In this document: in pieces, positions 20,072 through 27,247 of the stretch
Position numbering within the stretch: position 1 is the first letter of the stretch
How the letters are laid out: the number at the start of each line of letters is the position of its first letter
Origin: Candidatus Desulfaltia sp.
GTDB lineage: Bacteria; Acidobacteriota; Aminicenantia; Aminicenantales; UBA8522
DNA: 64,000 nucleotides
Direction of reading: 5' to 3'
NCBI GenBank assembly: GCA_035528895.1
Contig: DATKXS010000038.1
Location: 23,895-87,894, forward strand
Notes under the pieces: model-generated
The model's database searches: none
What the model was told of the DNA's origin: nothing
Seen by the model: the letters and a program-made list of their open reading frames with translations, nothing else
Position numbers and translations under genes: made by a program

Positions 20072-20689
20072 TCAGTACTTCCGCAGCAGGCCGACGACCC
20101 TGCCGACGACCCGAAGCTCCTTGACCTCGACTGGCGCGAACTCCGGGTTCTCGGGAACGAGGAGGATCCGGCCGTTCTCCTTGCGGAGCCTTTTCAACGT
20201 CACCGAGCCGTCGTCCAGGCGCGCCACGACCATCTCGCCGGACTGGGCCGTGTTCGTCCTCTCCAGGAGCACCCGGTCGCCGTCGTCGATGTAGGCGTCC
20301 ACCATGCTCTTCCCGGCGACGCGGACACAGAAGATGTTGCCGCGGCGGCGGCCGACCATCCACTCGGGCACGTCCACACTCTCGCCGAGAGAGTCGAAGA
20401 CCTCCTGGGCCCGGCCGGCGGGAGCGACGCCGACGAGGGGGACCTTGACCCGGTTCTCGAACGGCGAGGGGATCCCGGCGAGGCGCAACTCCCCGGCCTC
20501 ACGGCTGAGGTAGCCCTTCCTTTCCAGGCTCAGGACGTGCTTGAAGACGGCCGAGGGATTGGCCAGGCCCAGCTGTCTTCCGAGCTCGCGGATGGTCGGG
20601 GGAAAGCCGTGCTCGAGGACAAAGGCCTCGATGACCTGGAGGGCCTTTCTCTGGCGCTGGGTCAGCTCTTTGTACAATCTGTTCACCAT
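20072..20689 (-). CDS. lexA: LexA repressor
   Basis: N-terminal winged HTH (QRQRKALQVIEAFVLEHGFPPTIRELGRQLGL), a VAPAG cleavage-site region, and S24 peptidase Ser (GKSM) and Lys (TLKRL). ATG start with an AAGGTG RBS. The annotated upstream TTG start would overlap the -35 element. Confidence 0.85.
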   Translation of the reverse strand: MVNRLYKELTQRQRKALQVIEAFVLEHGFPPTIRELGRQLGLANPSAVFKHVLSLERKGYLSREAGELRLAGIPSPFENRVKVPLVGVAPAGRAQEVFDSLGESVDVPEWMVGRRRGNIFCVRVAGKSMVDAYIDDGDRVLLERTNTAQSGEMVVARLDDGSVTLKRLRKENGRILLVPENPEFAPVEVKELRVVGRVVGLLRKY

Positions 20690-20705
20690 TTTGTTCACCT
20701 TATAT

Positions 20706-20734
20706 ACAATAGGCCGCCGGGAGGCCCTTGTCAA
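20706..20734 (-). promoter_or_regulatory. Putative lexA promoter (TTGACA-17 nt-TATTGT on the minus strand)
   Basis: The -35 is the reverse complement of 20729-20734 and the -10 the reverse complement of 20706-20711, with a 17-nt spacer. A degenerate SOS-box-like element (TTGTTC-N7-ATACAA, 20691-20709) overlaps the -10 and start region. Confidence 0.35.
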
Positions 20735-20792
20735 GTATAAAATTCAGGGAAGGATTATTTTGCTTTTTCCTCTTGACAGAGGCTACAAATTA

Positions 20793-20832
20793 TTGTATAT
20801 AATCATACAATTAATTGTATTTTTTTATACAA
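20793..20832. promoter_or_regulatory. Two tandem palindromes TTGTAT-N6-ATACAA (candidate LexA operators / SOS boxes)
   Basis: Box 1 (20793-20810) is TTGTATATAATCATACAA and box 2 (20815-20832) is TTGTATTTTTTTATACAA. They resemble the gammaproteobacterial CTGT-N8-ACAG box. Box 1 overlaps the -10 of a TTGACA(20773-20778)-17 nt-TATATA plus-strand promoter. Confidence 0.5.
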
Positions 20833-20954
20833 ATAATCGCATGAACAATCGAGCAAATAAAGAACTCCTTTTAGCCAGACTGGCAGACTGGGACAGCTTT
20901 CTCAGAAGGCGGGTTAAGGGTATTTTTTAAAGCTTATCAAAGAGAGGAATTCAA

Positions 20955-21626
20955 ATGGAAAATAACGAAAATCTTCTTAAGAAGGTTCGCTGGCTTGGCT
21001 ATCCTCTATTTGAAACAGAGGAACATGAGGATGCCAATGAGATCTTGGCCGATGTTGTGAAAAGTGAGAACCCCCGACTTTGGCAGGGATTTCCAGTTAT
21101 GTTGGCCAACAGCGAGGAAAGAAATGTCTTCGATTACAATCGGGTTCTGTCTTTATTGAAAGCCCCGGATAAAAGAGACCATTTTCATCGTCTGCTGTTG
21201 GTGTCTTATGTCGTATACAAGATACAAAACCTGGAATCGGCTTGGGTCTCGGACCTGCAAAAGATTTTTGGGCCAGCCGATATAAAAGACATAGGAAAGC
21301 TCGTCAATCAATTCGTCGCCAAAGAGTATATCCAGGTGGGATCGGTTCGGTTGTCAAGCGAAAAAATCAAGACTGTTTTCCGGGACTATTTTGGGAAAGC
21401 TGGGTCCAGAATAGAAAATATATTATCTGTCCGGGAGGAATTCGGATTGGAATATTCCCTGTCGCAGATATTCTCTCCTTCGCAAAAAGAAATAATTCTA
21501 AAAAAGCTGAGACGGGAAAAGCTCTCAAAAACCGAGGCTGAATACTTTTCCAGAACGATCAAGAAAAAGCTGTTGGCCCTTGCAAATCCCGAGTTACAGC
21601 GCCTGGCCCGCCAGCTTATTGAATGA
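20955..21626 (+). CDS. Hypothetical protein (223 aa) on an AT-rich islet, transcribed divergently from lexA
   Basis: Clean ORF with a clearly lower GC content than its neighbours and no recognisable family motifs. A promoter overlapped by the SOS-like palindromes lies upstream. Confidence 0.5.
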   Translation: MENNENLLKKVRWLGYPLFETEEHEDANEILADVVKSENPRLWQGFPVMLANSEERNVFDYNRVLSLLKAPDKRDHFHRLLLVSYVVYKIQNLESAWVSDLQKIFGPADIKDIGKLVNQFVAKEYIQVGSVRLSSEKIKTVFRDYFGKAGSRIENILSVREEFGLEYSLSQIFSPSQKEIILKKLRREKLSKTEAEYFSRTIKKKLLALANPELQRLARQLIE

Positions 21627-21673
21627 ATATTCAAATTGAATTATTTAGCTGGTAGCCGTACGGACATCGCTAA

Positions 21674-22470
21674 GTGATTGACGCGCAGATTAAAGATAAG
21701 ACGGCCTTGATTACCGGGGCGAACACCGGGATCGGGAAGGCAACCGCCCTGGCCTTTGCCGCGAAAGGGACGAATGTCGTCATCCATTATCTCGGCCGAA
21801 AGGCTGAGATCAAAGAGCCCTTCCAGCCGGAATACGCTTGTGAGGGAAAGAGGGCGCCATGGAATTGGCCGGTCAAATCAAGAACAAAGGCGGCCAGGCG
21901 ATTATTACTGAAGCCAATTTGATGGTGCCCGAGGCCATTCCCGGGCTGTTCGATGAGGCGGACAAGGCTTTCGGCCGAGTCGATATCCCGGTCAATAATG
22001 CGGCCCACTGCGAACTGCCCGACGATATCTTCTCAGTGACGGCATCGAACATCGAGCGTCATTTTGCGGTCAACACGAGAGCGGCTGTGCTCTTGATTTC
22101 GGAATTCGTCAAGAGACACAAGTTGAGGGGCGGAGATTGGGGGCGAATAATCAATCTCAGTACAGACGCCGCTCAAGCCTTTGCCACTCAAATATCCTAT
22201 GGAGCCAGCAAGGCCGCCATCGAAGCCTATACAAGAAGCATTGCCTGGGAGGTCGGCCATCTCGGGATCACAGTCAATACAGTCGCGCCGGGGCCCGTTC
22301 AAACCGGATGGATGAGCGCCGAACTGGTGGATAAGGTCTTGCCGGACATTCCCCTCGGACGAGTCGGGACGCCGGAAGACATCGCCGACGTCATCGTCTT
22401 CCTCGCCTCAGACCAGGCCCGCTGGCTGACGGGCCAGGTCATCAAGGTCTCCGGCGGACCCAATCTCTAG
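21674..22470 (+). pseudogene. SDR-family oxidoreductase interrupted by a frameshift (or sequencing indel)
   Basis: The N-terminal fragment (TALITGANTGIGKATALAFAAKG...VVIHY, frame of 21674) and the C-terminal fragment (GGQAIITEANL...NNAA...YGASKAA...SGGPNL, frame of 21859) together form one classical SDR. The frame switch is near 21836-21848. Confidence 0.6.
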
Positions 22471-22526
22471 AAAGCTCTTTTTGCGTCGATAGGGGGCGAG
22501 GATGCTTTGTCTCGTTCGAGCCCGCC

Positions 22527-23960
22527 CTAGCGGTCGAGGGTGACCTCTTCGCGGTAGTCGATTGATATCTTGGGCCCTTTCTTCGATTTGAGCAGCTGAA
22601 TCGCCTTAAGATATAGCTCGTTCTTCTTCTGCCAGACCCGGTTCAGGTGCCTGGCATATCCGGCGATTCCTACGTCCAGCCATTTCCCTTTTATTAGTTT
22701 TCTCACCATTTGTTTGAGCGAGTAAAACTTCTTATGGCTGAAGATCTGGGCCCGTTGCAGGTCGAAAAGGGACAAGCGGGCGGGCTGGAAGACGACATGA
22801 TGGGCATCGTACAGAGCCCAATCCCGGAACTGAATCCGATTCTCGTGACTCACCTTGTCAAAAAATTCCGATCCGGGAAGCGGCGTCAGGATAAGGAATT
22901 GAGTGGAATTCAGCTTCGACCGCTTGGCGAACTTGACCGTCTGCTTGACGGTCTTCCAGTCGTCCTCGTCAAACCCATAAACGAACATCCCATGAATGCC
23001 GATCCGATGCTTCCGGAGGACTTTTATGGCGTCCGCTATTTCTTCGACGGTCTGCTTTTTCTTCATGGATCTTAGGCTCTCCGGGTTTACTGATTCAAAT
23101 CCGATGTAGAGCGTATGGCAGCCGGCCTTCTTCATCAGCCTGACCAGATCCAGGTCTTTGGCTACATCGGCGCGCACCTGGGTCGTCCACTTGAACTTGA
23201 ACCCCTCGCGGATCATCGCTTCCAACAATTCCTTGGCCCGTTTGCGGTCGGCGGTGAAATTATCATCATAGAAAAAAATGCGGTTTTTGCGCTCGTTATA
23301 GCGCCGCAGCTCTTCCATGATATTTTCGGTCGAGCGGAACCGGTATTTCTTGCCGAACATGCTCGTCACGGAGCAGAAGGAACAGTCAAACGGACAGCCC
23401 CTGCTTGTCTGGACGGGGATGCTGCTCAACCTGGATATCCCCTTTCTCGTCGATTTGAGCAAGGAGAGATCCGGGAACGGGATTTGATCGAGGTCCTTCA
23501 CGAACGGCCGCAGGACGTTGTGAATTTTCCGGCCGTTTTCTCTATAGGACAGACTGGGAATCCCGGTGAAACTCTCGCCTTTTTCCCAAGCGTCGATAAA
23601 AGCCATCAGGGTCTGTTCCCCTTCCCCGCGGACGATGAAGTCCGCGTGCTCCAGTGCTTCATCGGCCAGGAAGGTCACATGCGGCCCCCCCATCAGGACC
23701 GGGATCCCCCGCTTCCTGACCCTGTCCGCTATGGCATAGGCCCTGGGTGCAGTCGAGGTGATGGTCGAGATTCCTACCAGGTCAGCGGATTCGACAACCG
23801 CAAAGTCGATTTCCCGCAGTTCCTCTACGAAAATTTCCACCTCCCAGCCCCGCTCCTTCATCATCGTGCCCAGGATGATCGGGCCCAGCCGGGGCAGGGG
23901 GAAGCGCGAAAAAATGTGCAGGTTGGGAGCCTTGGGTTCGATGAAAACAATCTTGCTCAT
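22527..23960 (-). CDS. B12-binding domain radical SAM protein (class B)
   Basis: N-terminal cobalamin-binding Rossmann-like domain (GISTITSTAP...VLMGGPHVT...VRGEGE) and the radical SAM cluster motif CPFDCSFC. 4-nt overlap (ATGA) with the upstream MerR-like gene. Confidence 0.8.
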   Translation of the reverse strand: MSKIVFIEPKAPNLHIFSRFPLPRLGPIILGTMMKERGWEVEIFVEELREIDFAVVESADLVGISTITSTAPRAYAIADRVRKRGIPVLMGGPHVTFLADEALEHADFIVRGEGEQTLMAFIDAWEKGESFTGIPSLSYRENGRKIHNVLRPFVKDLDQIPFPDLSLLKSTRKGISRLSSIPVQTSRGCPFDCSFCSVTSMFGKKYRFRSTENIMEELRRYNERKNRIFFYDDNFTADRKRAKELLEAMIREGFKFKWTTQVRADVAKDLDLVRLMKKAGCHTLYIGFESVNPESLRSMKKKQTVEEIADAIKVLRKHRIGIHGMFVYGFDEDDWKTVKQTVKFAKRSKLNSTQFLILTPLPGSEFFDKVSHENRIQFRDWALYDAHHVVFQPARLSLFDLQRAQIFSHKKFYSLKQMVRKLIKGKWLDVGIAGYARHLNRVWQKKNELYLKAIQLLKSKKGPKISIDYREEVTLDR

Positions 23961-24679
23961 TTCACCCTCTCTTGCTTTTTCTTGCCGTCCCTCTTCAGGT
24001 TCTTGGCTTTCAGGCTCAAAATTTCCTTCCTTTTCTTCTTGAGCAGGTCTTCCCAGCGCTTGATACCCTTATCGAGAATTTCCATCTTGTCCAGGACGAC
24101 CTTGATCTCCATGAGCATGGCCTCCAGCTTGGTCGAAACCTCGGCCTTGGGGAAGCCCCCCAGATTTTCCTGGATAGCCAAGAAATATCGAAAATAATCG
24201 GATATCTCCTTAATTTCCTCGAGGGTGTAGCCGAAGAGCTGAAGGTCACGGATGAGTTCGCAAAGATAGATATAGCCTCCCGAATAGAGCCGAAACCCGC
24301 CCTCGCTGCGCATATCGGGCTCGATGATACCCTTGTCCTCCCAGTGTTTGATCGTCCGCGGGCTCAGCCCGACGCGTTCGGCCAGGTTCCCGATGGTCAG
24401 GTACTGGTCCGGATCCTCGGGTTTTCGCTTTCTTTCGGCGGTCTTCGGCAGCCCCACTTTTTTGAGAATTTTCTGAATATCCTCTGTTTCGTAACCGAGA
24501 TCGGTGAGCTTTTGAATATATCCGATCCTCTCCATCACCTCTTCCGAATAGAGAGGGACCCGGTCCTCGGTGAAACCGACCGGCTTCAGCAGTTTGGTCC
24601 TCTCCCATTCCCGGAGAGACGCCTCCTCGAGCTTAAACCTGGCGATAAACTCATCGCGGGTGAAGATGTGATTGTTCAA
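23957..24679 (-). CDS. MerR-family transcriptional regulator with tandem MerR-like HTH halves
   Basis: A clear MerR HTH (YLTIGNLAERVGLSPRTIKHWEDKGII...FRLY) in the second half, and a weaker MerR-like segment in the first half (FTRDEFIARFKLEEASLREWERTKLLKP...RVPLY). TTG start. Confidence 0.65.
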   Translation of the reverse strand: MNNHIFTRDEFIARFKLEEASLREWERTKLLKPVGFTEDRVPLYSEEVMERIGYIQKLTDLGYETEDIQKILKKVGLPKTAERKRKPEDPDQYLTIGNLAERVGLSPRTIKHWEDKGIIEPDMRSEGGFRLYSGGYIYLCELIRDLQLFGYTLEEIKEISDYFRYFLAIQENLGGFPKAEVSTKLEAMLMEIKVVLDKMEILDKGIKRWEDLLKKKRKEILSLKAKNLKRDGKKKQERVK

Positions 24680-24842
24680 ATAATACCTGCACGTATAATT
24701 ATATTACGCATCATTACAACCTATACGTATATGATTAATTGAATATTGTGCCCTTGTCAAGCTCTTTTTTCTATGCGGATTGGTGGTGAGACCTTTGTCC
24801 TGGCCCCTTGCCAAAAGAGATCGCGCATGCGATAAATAAACC

Positions 24843-25568
24843 ATGGCCAAAGAAAAGCAGCCCAACTCCGAACGACTAAAAAAAAGGCTCGACCTCGAGA
24901 CGCCCCTCATCGGCTTCTACGATGCCCCGGACCCGGCGATCTTCGAGCCGCTCGTCTCCCCCGAGGAACGCCAATGCGTCTATGCCTTTTATCAGTGCTG
25001 GCTCCGGGGCGAGACGCTCCATCTCACCAAGGATCGATACGGCTGCGGCGGCGCCGGTCATTGGATGTGGGGAGTGCAACTTCGGTCGAGAAAGGAATTC
25101 CTTGAATTCCTGGCCAACGATGAAGGGCTAAAGGTCTCGCGCTCGCTCATGGGAAAATGGATAGACGCCGCAAAACCCTACCGGGCCGAACACGCTCATC
25201 TCTTTCTCGGACCACTCAAGGAAGACGCCTGGCCCTATGCCAAATCCATCACCTTCCTGGTGAACCCGGACCAATTGAGCGCCCTGGCCATCGGCGCCCA
25301 GTACCGCAGCGCCCCCGAAGATCCTGCCCCGGTGATCGCCCCGTTCGGGTCGGGGTGTTCCCAAATCCTGCCGTTTGTAGATTTGAACATCGCCCAGGCA
25401 TCGATCGGGGCCACTGACATCGCCATGCGGCAACACCTTCCCCCGGACATGCTGAGCTTCACGGTCACGCGACTGATGTTCAAACAGCTCTGCGAGCTGG
25501 ACGAGAGGAGTTTTCTCTACAAGCCTTTCCTGGAGCGGCTGAAGCAATCCCGAGGCGGGAAGCTTTAA
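24843..25568 (+). CDS. DUF169 (COG2043) family protein
   Basis: About 240 aa with a Cys/Gly-rich core (CVYAFYQCW...YGCGGAGHWMWG) reminiscent of DUF169. No catalytic assignment possible. Confidence 0.4.
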   Translation: MAKEKQPNSERLKKRLDLETPLIGFYDAPDPAIFEPLVSPEERQCVYAFYQCWLRGETLHLTKDRYGCGGAGHWMWGVQLRSRKEFLEFLANDEGLKVSRSLMGKWIDAAKPYRAEHAHLFLGPLKEDAWPYAKSITFLVNPDQLSALAIGAQYRSAPEDPAPVIAPFGSGCSQILPFVDLNIAQASIGATDIAMRQHLPPDMLSFTVTRLMFKQLCELDERSFLYKPFLERLKQSRGGKL

Positions 25569-26281
25569 AGCTTCCAGGCACCGGCGACGATAAGATTCGT
25601 GCCGGTGATGTGAGCGGCCTTGTCGGAAGCCAGGAAGCGGACGGCCTCGGCAACGTCCATCTTCTTGCCGAAATATTCCGCTGACAGCTTCCCACCCGCG
25701 GGCATGATCCCGCCCTCGATCAGACCGGGCGACACCATGTTCACGGTGATCCCCGCTTTGAATTCCGAGGCGGCGGCGGAGCGGGTCAGAATGAGGAGAG
25801 CGGTCTTGGCCACGGCATAGGCGGTGATCTTGGAAAAGGCGGTGAGCTGTTCGACGCGGTGGTATCCGATGTTGATGATCCTGCCCCAACCGCGCCCTCT
25901 CATCTCCGGGAGCGCGGCCGTGATTCCCCAGGCGGCGCTCAGAAAAACGCTCCGGTACATCCGTTCCCAGTCGGCGGTCGTCAGCTCCTGCCAGGGCTTG
26001 ACGATGATCGGGCCGAAATTGTTGACCAGGACATCCAACCGGCCGAAATGCTCTTCCACTCCGCGGATCAACCCCCTGGCCTCCTGTTCAAAGGTCAGAT
26101 CGGCCGAGAACGCTTTGGCCGGCTTTCCTTTTTTCTCGATCTCAGTCATGACCTCAGCGGCGGCCTGCTCATTTTCTTTGTAGTGAACGGCAATGCCGGC
26201 CATGTCCTCAGCCAGCAAGACGGCGATCTCCCGGCCGATCCCCCGGCTGCTCCCGGTGACCAGAGCAATTCGCTTGTTCAT
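25565..26281 (-). CDS. SDR-family oxidoreductase
   Basis: TGSSRGIGREIA Rossmann motif, NNFG, and the Y-x3-K active-site pattern (YAVAKTA). Confidence 0.8.
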   Translation of the reverse strand: MNKRIALVTGSSRGIGREIAVLLAEDMAGIAVHYKENEQAAAEVMTEIEKKGKPAKAFSADLTFEQEARGLIRGVEEHFGRLDVLVNNFGPIIVKPWQELTTADWERMYRSVFLSAAWGITAALPEMRGRGWGRIINIGYHRVEQLTAFSKITAYAVAKTALLILTRSAAASEFKAGITVNMVSPGLIEGGIMPAGGKLSAEYFGKKMDVAEAVRFLASDKAAHITGTNLIVAGAWKL

Positions 26282-26375
26282 GACGGCCTCTCGTGCTTCC
26301 GGTTTTAGGCGATGACTCTATTATACTTAGAACTCGGTCAAACGGAATACCGATTTGAATTTTGACCGAGAGCCC

Positions 26376-27044
26376 TCAGGCTTTCTGGTCCAACAACTCG
26401 GAAATGTGCTTTTCGGCGGCAAAGAGGTCCGCGGCGATAAAATCGACGCCGCTGAAATCCTGCCCCTTCGAATATTCCGAGGGCACCGCGATCGTGTGGC
26501 AGCCCGCCCGCTTTCCGGCGAGGCAACCGTTGGAAGAATCCTCGAGCACAACACTCTGTCGGGGCGCGACACCGAGTTTCTCACAGGTCGCAAGATAGAT
26601 CTCCGGGTCCGGTTTTCCTTTTTTGACCTCGTCGGAGGCCTGGAGGACGTCAAACCTGTCCCGGATCTTCAGCCGGTCAATCACGATCTCCATGAATTCC
26701 CCCTGGGCTCCCGTACAGACGGCCAGTTTCAGTCGTCCGTGGAAGGTATTCAGAATATGGGTCAATCCCGGCATCGGCTCGGACTCGTTCCTGTATTTAT
26801 CACGCATCAGGTTATCCCTCATATCCAAACCCCGCTCAGCGGAAATGGGGAGCCCCACGTCCTGGACAAAAATCCTCATCCCCTCGATGGGCCGCCGGCC
26901 CATCATCTTCCAGAGCGTCTCCTCGCTGACCTTTTTGTCAAATTGGGCGGCCATGCCTTTTTCGACCTGCCAATAAAGGCGTTCGCTGTCGATCATCAAT
27001 CCGTCCATGTCGAAGATTAAGGCCCTATACAATGCAGTGCTCAA
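26376..27044 (-). CDS. HAD-IA family hydrolase (beta-phosphoglucomutase-like phosphatase)
   Basis: DMDGLMIDS motif I, a KGKPDPEIY motif III region and a C-terminal GxxT/D motif. Confidence 0.75.
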   Translation of the reverse strand: MSTALYRALIFDMDGLMIDSERLYWQVEKGMAAQFDKKVSEETLWKMMGRRPIEGMRIFVQDVGLPISAERGLDMRDNLMRDKYRNESEPMPGLTHILNTFHGRLKLAVCTGAQGEFMEIVIDRLKIRDRFDVLQASDEVKKGKPDPEIYLATCEKLGVAPRQSVVLEDSSNGCLAGKRAGCHTIAVPSEYSKGQDFSGVDFIAADLFAAEKHISELLDQKA

Positions 27045-27247
27045 ATCCCAAGTCTGCCTATAGAGCGCTTTCGTACATGCGAGCGAAGCGGGGCAATCCG
27101 GCTCTTTGGGCTGTCCCGAGGAGAGCGAGGGATCTCATCAAGCAGTAACCTTGATGGGATCGCCATGCTCCCAAAGGTCGCTCGCAATGACAACGTAACA
27201 TAGACAATTGCGCTTAGAATAGTATACCCATCGTTAGGACCGCAGGG

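Noticed and set aside
20690-20734. Longer lexA reading frame starting with TTG at 20734 (MTRASRRPIVYKVNK...)
   Set aside because: The TTG-ACA is better explained as the -35 hexamer TTGACA of the lexA promoter, 17 nt from a TATTGT -10. The ATG at 20689 has an AAGGTG RBS and gives a LexA of normal length.
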